A program made the position numbers and the translations under genes. DNA of 64,000 bases from Candidatus Eiseniibacteriota bacterium. Lineage in GTDB: Bacteria; Eisenbacteria; RBG-16-71-46; CAVPCR01. Positions 28,065 through 37,149 of the stretch are shown piece by piece. The notes below the pieces were generated by a model. The model did not search any database. It saw only the letters and a list, made by a program, of their open reading frames with translations, and was not told the DNA's origin. Numbering within the stretch: the stretch's first letter is position 1; each line of letters begins with the position of its first letter. The stretch lies in assembly GCA_963823555.1 (NCBI GenBank), contig CAWGMA010000001.1:1120001-1184000 (forward strand), in the 5' to 3' direction.

Positions 28065-30335
28065 ATGAGCCCGATGCCGACCTCAGAGGCGAAAGAGCCT
28101 AGCACCCCGCGCACCGGGCTGGCAAGCCCCGACCCTGGCGCGCCCTCGTCTGGCTCGGGGCCATCTCCTCGACCCGGATCTTCCCTGGCGGGTGAAGGGG
28201 ATGCCGGATCGGCGACCGTGGCGGAGGTCGGGGGGGGCTCGAACCCGCCTGCGGCCCGACCCCGCGGGGGAGGACTCGGCCTCGATGATCCGATCCAGTA
28301 CCTCCGCGGGGTGGGTCCGCGACGGGCCGAGCTCCTCATTCGAATCGCCGTCCGTACGCCCCGCGACCTCCTCCTGACCTTGCCCCGGACCTACTCGGAT
28401 CGAACGCAGATCAAGCCCATCGCCGAGCTGCGGGCCGGCGAGGCCGCCCTCATCATCGGCCATGTGGTCCGGGCGCAAGTCCGTCGTCGCCCGCGGAGCC
28501 GTCCCGACACGATGGCCGTCGTAAGGGATGAGAGCGGGGTCCTGGAGGTCGTGTGGTGGGGTCAGCCGTACATGCTGCGGCTCCTGCGTCCAGGGCTCGC
28601 CGTGGCCCTCTTCGGCGAGGTAGCGGTCTACCGACGGGGATTCACCATGAACTCCCCCGAGATCGAGGTGGTCGAACCAGGAGCCGAGAAGCCGGCCGGC
28701 ATCGTCCCCGTCTATGGCCTGACCGAAGGAGTGAGCCAGCGGACGCTACGTGATCTCGTCCAGCAAGTTCTCCCTCTCGCCCCCGGATTGGAGGAGACCC
28801 TGCCCGATCCCGTGCGTCGTGAGCACGAGATGCCGGGGATCGCCGCGGCGGTGGCGGCGGTGCACGCCCCCGGGTCGCTTGCCCAGGCGGCGGCAGCACG
28901 GCGCCGGTTGGCGTTCGATGAGCTCCTGGAACTCCTCGTCGCCCTCGGCGTCCGGCGCCGCCGGCGCCGACGAGAGCTTCCCGGGTTCGCCCAGAGTCCT
29001 GGACAGCGCTTCGCCGCGGCCCAGGCGGCGCTGCCCTTCTCGCTCACCGCCTCGCAGGAGCGCGTGCTCGGGGAGATCCTCGCCGACATGGCGGTATCAA
29101 GCCCCATGCATCGCCTGCTCGAGGGCGAAGTCGGTTCAGGCAAGACCGTCGTGGCGCTCCTCGCCGCGCTGGCGGCGATCGATTCCGGGCGCCAGGTGGC
29201 GATCATGGCGCCCACAGAGATCCTGGCCGCCCAGCACATGCGGACCGCCCTCAAGCTCCTTCCCGGGGTGCGACCGTTGCTCCTGACCGGCTCCTCAGGA
29301 AGCCGCGAACGACGGGAGCTTCTTGCGTCGCTGGCGCGGGGCGACGGGGAGCTGGCGATTGGTACGCACGCTCTGTTCTCGGCCGACGTCCACTTCCGCC
29401 GCCTGGGGCTCGTCGTGGTCGATGAGCAGCACCGGTTCGGGGTCAGCGAGCGAGTGGCCCTGGCCGAAAAGGGCGCCCTTCCGGACCTCTTGGTCATGAC
29501 CGCGACACCGATTCCACGGAGTCTCGCTCTCACCGTGTTCGGCGATCTCGACCTGAGCCTCATCGACGAGCGACCACCCGGGCGCCGACCGGCGCGAACC
29601 CACGTCGTCGAGACGACGAAGCGCGAGAAGGTGTACGAGTTCGTTGCGGGGCGCCTGGCACGCGGGGAGCAGGCCTTCGTGATCACCCCCCGAGTCGAAG
29701 CGGATCCCGCGAGCGAACTGTCAGCGGCCACCGAAAGGGCGGAGGAGCTTCGCCACCATCCACTCCTTGGCCAGCATCGAATCGGCCTGGTCCACGGCCG
29801 GCTTGACTCGCGCGACAAGGAAAAGGCGATGAGTGACTTCCGCCGGGGTGTCACCCGACTGCTCGTGGCGACGACGGTCGTCGAGGTCGGAGTGGATGTC
29901 TCCACGGTGACGGTCATCCTGATCGAGCACCCGGAGCGCTTCGGGCTGTCACAGCTCCACCAGCTTCGCGGTCGTGTCGGGCGTGGCGATCACGTGGCTC
30001 ATGCCATCCTCCTTGTCGACCCGGATCTCGATCCCGAGGTGCGGAACCGGCTCGAGGCCTTTGCCGGCACCGATGATGGATTTGCCGTGGCCGAGCTCGA
30101 TCTGGCTCAGCGCGGACCGGGCGCTCTTCTCGGCGATGCCCAGCACGGCTTCGGGAGCTTTCGCATCGCCCACCCACTTCGCGATCGCGAGCTCATCGAA
30201 CTTGCGCAGAGGGTCGCCGTCGATCTGGTCGACTCGGACCCGACGCTGTCCCGGCATCCGGCCCTCGCCCGAGCCGTGGAACGGCGCGCGCGAGGGCACA
30301 CCGCCGACCCGGATGACGTGCGGCTGACCGGCTGA
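28065..30335 (+). CDS. recG: ATP-dependent DNA helicase RecG
   Basis: LRGVGPRR, GEVGSGKT, MAPTEILAAQH, DEQHRFGV, MTATPIPR, QLHQLRGRVGRG, RGPG. Confidence 0.96.
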   Translation: MSPMPTSEAKEPSTPRTGLASPDPGAPSSGSGPSPRPGSSLAGEGDAGSATVAEVGGGSNPPAARPRGGGLGLDDPIQYLRGVGPRRAELLIRIAVRTPRDLLLTLPRTYSDRTQIKPIAELRAGEAALIIGHVVRAQVRRRPRSRPDTMAVVRDESGVLEVVWWGQPYMLRLLRPGLAVALFGEVAVYRRGFTMNSPEIEVVEPGAEKPAGIVPVYGLTEGVSQRTLRDLVQQVLPLAPGLEETLPDPVRREHEMPGIAAAVAAVHAPGSLAQAAAARRRLAFDELLELLVALGVRRRRRRRELPGFAQSPGQRFAAAQAALPFSLTASQERVLGEILADMAVSSPMHRLLEGEVGSGKTVVALLAALAAIDSGRQVAIMAPTEILAAQHMRTALKLLPGVRPLLLTGSSGSRERRELLASLARGDGELAIGTHALFSADVHFRRLGLVVVDEQHRFGVSERVALAEKGALPDLLVMTATPIPRSLALTVFGDLDLSLIDERPPGRRPARTHVVETTKREKVYEFVAGRLARGEQAFVITPRVEADPASELSAATERAEELRHHPLLGQHRIGLVHGRLDSRDKEKAMSDFRRGVTRLLVATTVVEVGVDVSTVTVILIEHPERFGLSQLHQLRGRVGRGDHVAHAILLVDPDLDPEVRNRLEAFAGTDDGFAVAELDLAQRGPGALLGDAQHGFGSFRIAHPLRDRELIELAQRVAVDLVDSDPTLSRHPALARAVERRARGHTADPDDVRLTG

Positions 30336-30375
30336 TCGCTCGGTGATCCCACCAGCGCGTTTCGGCCCAAAGCGG

Positions 30376-30391
30376 TGGCGGATTTCTTGCA
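30376..30391 (+). promoter_or_regulatory. Putative sigma54 (-24/-12) promoter upstream of the zinc-ribbon gene
   Basis: TGGCGGATTTCTTGCA: GG-N10-GC with TGGC and TTGCA matching the consensus, in an intergenic region. Confidence 0.6.
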
Positions 30392-30547
30392 TCTCGTCCT
30401 CGTCGGCTCGAAAGACGCCACCCACGCTGATGGGTGCATTCCCCCCAAGCCGCTGCCGCGGATCTGCCGCGTGCGGGCTCCGGTTGCCCGTATCCCTCGT
30501 CCCCGGCCCAACGTGCGCGGCCCCGGCGGCGGGCTGAGGATGATCCA

Positions 30548-31423
30548 GTGCTCGTGGTCTGCCCATACTGCGCCACGCGACACCGCGTGAGCACCGAACA
30601 CATCCCACCGCAAGGTGCACTGGCGCATTGCACGGGGTGTGGGCGTGCCTTCGGCGTGGGTGGGCGCGCGGCTCCGCCCGCGCAACCCCCGGAGGGTCCA
30701 GCGGCGCGGTCCGTCGAGGTCCGGGCGACGAGCCCGGAGAGACGCCAGGCACCGGCACCTGGGCCGGCCCGGCCGGCGCCGCGTCCACCCGAGCCAAGGC
30801 CGAGCCCCGCTCCCAGCGCTGCGAGCCCGGGTTCCGACCCGATCCCCGCCGCCAGGGCGGCGGCGACGAAGCCGGCATCCGAGCCGCGGCCGTCCCCATC
30901 CAGCGGGGAGAGCCCCGCTGCGGATGCTTCAGGGCGTGACGAAGCAGGGGCCAAGCGCCGAGTTCCACCGCGCTCGGCAGCAGCGAGCCCGATCGGTGCC
31001 CACATCCGTCTGAAGGCGCGCACGACCCAGCATCGGTCCCAGAAGCCCATGGCCAGCATTCAACTCAAGCATCAGATGGGCAACGGGGAGCGACCGCTTC
31101 TCGTCACGCATGGCTTCGGACTCGGTGACCAGGTTTCGTCCGGTGACTCGGTGAACCCGAGCGGCGCACCTTCCGATGCTCAGGTCACGCTCTCCGCAGA
31201 GGACCTGAGGCAGATCGCAGAGGACCTGATCACCGCGCTTTGCTCCGCGCATGCCGATCTGGTCGCCGAGGCCCGCGCCGATCATCGCTGGGACGCGCAT
31301 CTCGGCACCCTGGTGCGCGAAGCGTGGAGCGATTATCAGGCGGTGGCCGGAACGCAGGTTTCCGACGCGCACTTTCGGGCCGCGTTGAATCGGATCCTGG
31401 CGGACGGCAGGCCGGTGTTCTAG
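30548..31423 (+). CDS. MJ0042-type zinc-ribbon protein with a Pro/Ala-rich linker and a helical C-terminal domain
   Basis: GTG start after a GAGGA RBS. MLVVCPYC...IPPQG...HCTGCGRAF. Confidence 0.8.
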   Translation: MLVVCPYCATRHRVSTEHIPPQGALAHCTGCGRAFGVGGRAAPPAQPPEGPAARSVEVRATSPERRQAPAPGPARPAPRPPEPRPSPAPSAASPGSDPIPAARAAATKPASEPRPSPSSGESPAADASGRDEAGAKRRVPPRSAAASPIGAHIRLKARTTQHRSQKPMASIQLKHQMGNGERPLLVTHGFGLGDQVSSGDSVNPSGAPSDAQVTLSAEDLRQIAEDLITALCSAHADLVAEARADHRWDAHLGTLVREAWSDYQAVAGTQVSDAHFRAALNRILADGRPVF

Positions 31424-32628
31424 CCGCGCCGCGCCACGGCCACCGGCTCTTCCGCCTTGCGTACATCCGGGTCGGTGAGAACGCGCGGGCGGTGGGCCAC
31501 AGGAGTCGGCCAGTTCATCCCCGAGGCGGAGAGGGCCCGCGCATAGACCTGGATGAGCTTCTCGACCACGTTGTCCCAGGCATAGGTTCTGGCTCGTCGT
31601 CGGCCCGCTTCCCCCATCCTGGCCCGAAGCGTCGGGTTCATGAGGACGGCCGTCAGCGCCCTGGCAAGGCCGGCTGCGTCACGGGGGGGGACGAGGAGTC
31701 CGGTTTCACCGGGCTCGACGACCTGCCGGTACCCCGAGATGTCGCTTGCCACGACGACGCGAGAGCTAGCCATGGCCTCCAGCAGCACGATGCCGAAGCT
31801 CTCGTTGCGGACCGCTGGCGCGCACAGGCAGTCCGCCGCAGCATAGAGACGAGGAACGTTGGCTGCGGAGATCGGGCCGAGGAAGCGGACGAGGTCGGGC
31901 GCCTTGGTTTGCGCTCGTGCTCGGAGTTGTGTTGCTCGCGGCCCATCGCCGGCGATCAGGAGGCGGACACGACCGAGCTCCCGCGCCACCGAGGGCAGGG
32001 CATCGATCAGGTGCTCGAGGCCCTTGCGCGGATCGAGGCGCCCCATGGCGAGCACGGTCGGTACGCCGTCGCGCGGGAACAGCGGCGATATGGTGGGTGA
32101 GAAACGGTCCAGATCCACGCCGTTTGGAATGAGTTCGTAGGGACCGGGGAAGTACTGGCCGACGAAACGGCGCGCCGGCTCGCTGACGGCGACCGGCACC
32201 GTGATCTTGGCGAACTCGCGGGCGAGGGGTGGGCGGAACAGGGCATAGCCGAGATTCGAGCGTGCCGTGGCGTGGAACGTGCCCACGACGGGGCGACCAT
32301 CGGCTGCCTTGAGGGCGGCCAGTGGCAGCATCGGGGCGAGCGGGCAATGAACGTGCACGACATCGAATCGCTCGCGCCGGTAGATGTCCCGGAGGCGATT
32401 CACAAGGCCGATTCCGTACGTGAAGTTGACGGTGGCCCCGTTCCAGGGCACGAGGCGCTGGTTCCCGATGCGGATCACGCCACGTTCTTCCGCCGCCGTG
32501 GAGGCCCCAGCGGTGATCACGGTTACGCGATGGCCACGGTGGCGAAGGCCACGCGCCGTGGCCGCTACATTCTCGGTCACCCCCCCGTAATGTGGGTAGT
32601 AAGCGTGGGTGACGATTCCGATCCTCAC
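31420..32628 (-). CDS. Glycosyltransferase family 4, PimA-like
   Basis: MRIGIV...YGGV, GTFH, IPNGVD, GRLDPRKG, ESFGIVLLEAMA, SDISG. Confidence 0.85.
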   Translation of the reverse strand: MRIGIVTHAYYPHYGGVTENVAATARGLRHRGHRVTVITAGASTAAEERGVIRIGNQRLVPWNGATVNFTYGIGLVNRLRDIYRRERFDVVHVHCPLAPMLPLAALKAADGRPVVGTFHATARSNLGYALFRPPLAREFAKITVPVAVSEPARRFVGQYFPGPYELIPNGVDLDRFSPTISPLFPRDGVPTVLAMGRLDPRKGLEHLIDALPSVARELGRVRLLIAGDGPRATQLRARAQTKAPDLVRFLGPISAANVPRLYAAADCLCAPAVRNESFGIVLLEAMASSRVVVASDISGYRQVVEPGETGLLVPPRDAAGLARALTAVLMNPTLRARMGEAGRRRARTYAWDNVVEKLIQVYARALSASGMNWPTPVAHRPRVLTDPDVRKAEEPVAVARRG

Positions 32629-33554
32629 GCCCAGCCCCTCGTGTCTTGTGCGGCGCGTTGCATGGTGACATCGAGCCGCCCGCGGGTGTGGCGCTCCGGC
32701 GCGGCGCTCCACAGGGGCCGGAACAGGCACCACTGAGTCGGATCGGCGGCGATGGCGGTTTCGAGCGGAGCCAGGAGCTGGCGCATCGCGCTGGCCGAGT
32801 CGGCGCCGGGTTTGACGGGAGCGTGAATGGATGCGTGGAACTCGGCGGGCGCGACGCGCCGCATCGTGGCGGGAAGGAGTGCGGCTCCCGTCGCGCGTGC
32901 GAGGCGGACCGCGCCCCAGGGCAGATGGGCCGGTGCACCGAGGAAGTCGACCGGATTTCCCTGCTGGAAGACGTCGCCATCGATGAGCAGGGCGATGATC
33001 CGGTTGGAAGCGAGTTGCCGGTACAGGGAGCGCATGCCGTCCACCGGCCGGACCACGGCGATGCCGCGTCGCGCCTTGTCACGACGCACCGCGGGAGCCA
33101 GCCGTCCCAGTTGCTCGCCGGTGACCACGGTCAGAGGATAGCCGCTCGCGGCCAGTTCGGCGGCTGCCACCTCCCAGTTGCCCAGGTGGCAGGTGACGAG
33201 AATGGCACCGCGTCCGCCATCCAGGGCCTGGTCGATGTGCTCACAGCCGTCGATGCGTACGGGGAACCTGGCGCCGCCTCCGGCGCGCAGCCACTCGAAG
33301 AGCAGAGCGCCGTGGCTCTCGAAGGTGGCGCGGGCGAGGTCCGAGGGCGAAGGCCAGGCGGCGGCCCGCTGGCGGTGGCCATCCTGGCGAGCGAAGGCCA
33401 GAGCCCGAGCGAGGTTAGCCGTGACGGCCGCGCGCCGGCTGGGAGCGCAATGGTAGTGCAACCGAGCTCCGGCCCGCGCGATGGTATAGCCCAAGCGCAC
33501 GGGAAGGAGCCTGGCGATGGTCCTGAGGGTCGTCCAGCCGAGGGATGTGAGCAT
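32625..33554 (-). CDS. Lysophospholipid acyltransferase family protein (PatA / lipid A acyltransferase-like)
   Basis: GRGAILVTCHLGNWE (HX4E), PVDFLG, GAVRLARATGA, PTQW. The stop overlaps the GT4 start. Confidence 0.82.
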   Translation of the reverse strand: MLTSLGWTTLRTIARLLPVRLGYTIARAGARLHYHCAPSRRAAVTANLARALAFARQDGHRQRAAAWPSPSDLARATFESHGALLFEWLRAGGGARFPVRIDGCEHIDQALDGGRGAILVTCHLGNWEVAAAELAASGYPLTVVTGEQLGRLAPAVRRDKARRGIAVVRPVDGMRSLYRQLASNRIIALLIDGDVFQQGNPVDFLGAPAHLPWGAVRLARATGAALLPATMRRVAPAEFHASIHAPVKPGADSASAMRQLLAPLETAIAADPTQWCLFRPLWSAAPERHTRGRLDVTMQRAAQDTRGWA

Positions 33555-33642
33555 CGCGATGCGGCAGCGTGGTCAGAAGACTTCTCCGGCCTCGCGACCC
33601 CCGTCCCTCGGGGTCCCCGATCGCCGGAGCCAACCGTGCTGC

Positions 33643-33672
33643 ACGCTATGGAGGGGGAGGCAAAGCTGTCAA
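33643..33672 (-). promoter_or_regulatory. sigma70 promoter of the acyltransferase-GT4 operon
   Basis: Minus strand reads TTGACA-N18-TAGCGT. Confidence 0.55.
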
Positions 33673-34161
33673 GCAGTAAGCGCGAGAGGGGGGAGTGCCG
33701 CCTGTCCTGGCTCCTAGTCCGGGCCGGCGGGTTCAGGCCCGCCAGAAGGAGAGCGCGGGATGGTCGATGATCGACCACCGCACGCACCGAGGCGGGAGAT
33801 TCTGGACCGCTCGCCGGCGAATCCTGACCTACTCCGTGTCCTTCCAGGGTGGGGGGCCAGCCGGCGCCCGCCGTTCGACCGGCTCCTCGGCAGATCCCCG
33901 GGTCCCAGCCCCGGAGTAGCCACAGCGCTGCTCGGCGGCTTGAGCAAGCAGGCAATCCGCGCGCAGGGAACAAGTTTCCCAGTTGCCCGTCAACGGACAG
34001 GACAGATAGACTCGGTTTTCGCGACGACAGTAAGCCGCCGACACCCGGCGCGCCCGACGCAACCCAAAGCCCTTCATCGCAGACCTCCGCGCTCGATCGT
34101 CCATCGAAACAGCGCTCACTTCCCGGGCCTCGCAACGGTCGTGCCACACGCGAGGAGGAGC

Positions 34162-34569
34162 ATGGCGAGTCTCAAGATGGTGCGCTGCCAGGTCCGCCGC
34201 GCGGGTTCTCCGGCACCGCCTTCACATCGCTATGTTCCTCTCGACGTCTTCCACCTGTGGCAGTTCCTGATGGAAGTCCGCCACGGTTTCGAGGTCGTCG
34301 GTCCGAATGCCTCGATCTGGATCGATCTCGAAGATCAGAGGGAGATGTCCTTCTCCGCGGGTCAGTTCGAGCGGGTCGACGAGATCTGCCTGCACGTCTA
34401 TTCAGAAAAAGACGGTATGTTCCGCAAGATCTGCCGATACTTCCGGACGGAGGAGAGAGACCGCCTGACCGGCGTTCTCCTTCGCCACTACGCTCCGTAC
34501 GTCTATGAGGATGCCCGCCGCCCCCAAGTCAGCGAGCGCGCAGGCATCTGGATCGTGCGGGAAGCATAG
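34162..34569 (+). CDS. Hypothetical protein (135 aa)
   Basis: Strong GAGGAGGAG RBS before the ATG, typical codon usage and globular composition (MASLKMVRCQV...GIWIVREA). Confidence 0.75.
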   Translation: MASLKMVRCQVRRAGSPAPPSHRYVPLDVFHLWQFLMEVRHGFEVVGPNASIWIDLEDQREMSFSAGQFERVDEICLHVYSEKDGMFRKICRYFRTEERDRLTGVLLRHYAPYVYEDARRPQVSERAGIWIVREA

Positions 34570-34605
34570 CCAGCGGCAATCCACCGGGCGTTGCGCACGC
34601 GCGCC

Positions 34606-34621
34606 AGGCGCGAATCGTGCA
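34606..34621 (+). promoter_or_regulatory. Possible sigma54 promoter upstream of the mglA-like gene
   Basis: AGGCGCGAATCGTGCA: GG-N10-GC, 3 mismatches to TGGCACG-N4-TTGCW. Confidence 0.35.
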
Positions 34622-34736
34622 GACTGCAGGCTCGCTGGCCGGCAAGCCCGAACTCCGAGCATGCCGGTGTTCTCACGCCTTGCGGCGTGTCGCGGGCAGC
34701 CGCCGGCCGAATCCAGCTGAGAGGAGCCAGATCCCC

Positions 34737-35903
34737 ATGGTCGTGGTCAGCTACTCGGGCAAAGAGATCAACGCCAAGATCGTCTACTACGGCCCCGGGC
34801 TGTGCGGCAAGACGACCAACCTCGAGCGCATCTACGAGGCGGTCCCGGCAGCGAACAAGGGCAAGATGATCTCGATGAAGACCAAGGCGGACCGCACACT
34901 CTTCTTCGACTTCCTGCCACTCGAGCTGGGAGAGGTGGGTGGCTTCCGCACTCGCCTCATGCTCTACACGGTGCCGGGGCAGGTCTTCTACAACGCGACA
35001 CGCAAGCTCGTGTTGAAGGGTGTCGATGCTCTGGTCTTCGTCGCTGACTCGGAACGCGGCAAGATGCAGGAGAATCAGGCCAGCCTGGAGAACCTGCGAG
35101 AGAACCTGGAGTCCTACGGCATGGACCTGGACGAGCTCCCGCTGGTCTTCCAGTACAACAAGCGGGATCTGCCGAGCGTCTACACTCGGGAGGAGCTCGA
35201 CCAGGCTCTCAAGCGCGGCGACCGCCCGATGGTGGAAGGGGTGGCGGCGAAGGGCGAGGGTGTCTTCGAGACCCTGCGCCTGGTCTCGGAACTCCTGCTC
35301 ACTCGACTCCGGGCCCGGCTCGGCGCGGCGTCGTCCGCCCCGCGTGGGCGGGAGGAAGACCCGACGGCCTCCCGGGCGGAGCGGCCCACGGCGGCCGGAC
35401 CGATCGCCCAGGCCCCGCCGGTGATGCATCCGGGTCTGCACGGCGGATCCCAGCCCGCTCCCGCCCCGGGGCCGGTTGCATCCGCAGACACCCCTGCTTC
35501 GCCCCCCCGTCCGCGGGTTCCACTGGGCCAGCCGATTCCCCTGGCCCCGCGGCCGGTGTCGGCGGGGGCCCAGCTGGGTCCCAAGGGCCCGCTGCCGTGG
35601 CGTCCCGAGCCCGGTGCCACGCCGCAGCCGGAACCGCACCAGCTCGAGATCGTGCGGCTCGACAGCGCCGTCCAGCCCGAGGACCCGGACGTTCCCGAGG
35701 CATCCTCAGAGCCCCTGGCTGCAGAGGCGGTCCAGAGCGACAGGGAACGTGATCATCCAGCAGCTCCCACACCGGCAGGAACGAACCGCCTCGTGGTTCC
35801 GGTCCGGATCGAACGCGACGACATCGAAGATGTCGAGTCGATCGAGATCGTCCTGCGCCTCGAGATCGGGCAGCCCAAGGCCCGGCGTCAAGTTTCAGGT
35901 TGA
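34737..35903 (+). CDS. mglA: MglA-family small Ras-like GTPase with a Pro-rich linker and an extra C-terminal domain
   Basis: KIVYYGPGLCGKTTNL, DRTLFFDFLP, LYTVPGQVFY, FVADS, NKRD. GAGGAG RBS. Confidence 0.92.
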   Translation: MVVVSYSGKEINAKIVYYGPGLCGKTTNLERIYEAVPAANKGKMISMKTKADRTLFFDFLPLELGEVGGFRTRLMLYTVPGQVFYNATRKLVLKGVDALVFVADSERGKMQENQASLENLRENLESYGMDLDELPLVFQYNKRDLPSVYTREELDQALKRGDRPMVEGVAAKGEGVFETLRLVSELLLTRLRARLGAASSAPRGREEDPTASRAERPTAAGPIAQAPPVMHPGLHGGSQPAPAPGPVASADTPASPPRPRVPLGQPIPLAPRPVSAGAQLGPKGPLPWRPEPGATPQPEPHQLEIVRLDSAVQPEDPDVPEASSEPLAAEAVQSDRERDHPAAPTPAGTNRLVVPVRIERDDIEDVESIEIVLRLEIGQPKARRQVSG

Positions 35904-35929
35904 CCGCCGCGCGTAGCCACTGCTAGCTT
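35900..35929 (+). promoter_or_regulatory. Putative sigma70 promoter for the TPR gene
   Basis: TTGACC-N18-TAGCTT with an extended -10 TG. Confidence 0.45.
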
Positions 35930-36076
35930 GCGCCGCGTAGGGGTTCGTCTCCCGCTCCTGCGCGTCGTTGAGCGTTGTGCGCCGTCATCCCAGGATTTCA
36001 CGCTCCGCCAGGCCAGGCGTCTCGTTGCGGCGGCGCCACACGCAGATCTCTTTCACCCCGATCTGGTGACAACGCC

Positions 36077-36946
36077 ATGAAGCCTTCGGATCCGCTCCTT
36101 CCCGGGGTCGCCGGCGATCGTACCCATGTCGTTTCCACATCCGGGACCGAAAGGCCCGCGGGGACTTCTCCCGCGCCGGGCCAGGGGCCGCAGATCACAC
36201 GCGCCGAGATCCAGTCGGCCTTTCGCGATGGGCTGAACGCGCTCAAGCGCGGGCGCCTTGCCGAAGCGGAGCAGCTGCTCGCTTTGACGCTGAAGCGAGA
36301 TCCGAATCATGTCGCCGCGCGCATCAACCTCGCGCTGGTCGCCGATCGACGTGGCGACCGCGACGGGGCACTGCGCGAGCTGCGTACGGCGGCCCGGCAG
36401 GACGGTACGCGCGCAGAGGCCTATGTCAACCTCGGCGCCATCCTGGCCGAGGCTGGTCGCATGACCGACGCCGCCGACTACTTGAGGCGGGCCAGTCAAC
36501 TGGCTCCCGATATGTTCGAGGTCCACTACAACCTCGGTCTATTGCATTATCGCAACGGGCTCCTCGACGATGCCGTCATCGCTTTCGACCGCGCCCTGGT
36601 CCTCGATCCCGATCGGTTCGAGGCTCTCTTCTACCGTGGATTGATCCTGTCCAAGCGGGGACGAGGGCAGGACGCGCTGGCAACCCTCGAGCGCTGCCAC
36701 ACCCTGTCGCCACGCCATCCTGCCACCCTCTATCACCTCGGCGTGGCCTACTGCCGGGCGGATCGCTTTGCAGAGGCCATTCGCACCCTGGAGACAGCGG
36801 TCCAGCTGGTGCCTGATTGCGCGCGTGCCCACTATTACCTGGGCATCGCCTACGATCGTGCCGGGCGAGCCGGGGACGGAGCCACGGCGTTCCGCCGAGC
36901 GAGCGAGCTCAGAGCGTCGGGTGAAGGCAGCTATCGGGTCGACTAG
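36077..36946 (+). CDS. Tetratricopeptide repeat protein (about 7 TPRs)
   Basis: Repeated 34-aa units (AYVNLGAIL, VHYNLGLL, ALFYRGLI, TLYHLGVAY, AHYYLGIAY). Confidence 0.9.
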   Translation: MKPSDPLLPGVAGDRTHVVSTSGTERPAGTSPAPGQGPQITRAEIQSAFRDGLNALKRGRLAEAEQLLALTLKRDPNHVAARINLALVADRRGDRDGALRELRTAARQDGTRAEAYVNLGAILAEAGRMTDAADYLRRASQLAPDMFEVHYNLGLLHYRNGLLDDAVIAFDRALVLDPDRFEALFYRGLILSKRGRGQDALATLERCHTLSPRHPATLYHLGVAYCRADRFAEAIRTLETAVQLVPDCARAHYYLGIAYDRAGRAGDGATAFRRASELRASGEGSYRVD

Positions 36947-37149
36947 GCGGGTGCGATTGGTCTCAGCGAATCAAGCCATCTTGCCGGCGAACGCGACTGT
37001 TCGCACCGCCCGCCTGCCGTGAACGGATCCACGGCATCCGGTCCCCTTGAAGAATCCATTCTCGCGAGCCGGAGGTCTGGTTGTCGCGAAACCGCCGGTC
37101 CGATCGTATCATTATTGTTGACAGCTAGTTACGGTCATAACTTAAGGCG

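Noticed and set aside
31683..31690. G8 tract in the PimA-like gene as a phase-variation switch
   Set aside because: Equal G8 runs occur in rsmH and recG, the ORF is in frame, and such runs are plausible by chance at this GC content.
33950..33990. c-di-GMP-I riboswitch or sigma54 promoter around GGCAATCC...TTGCC
   Set aside because: It lacks the GAAA tetraloop/receptor and GCAAA junction, and the -12 side does not match TTGC.
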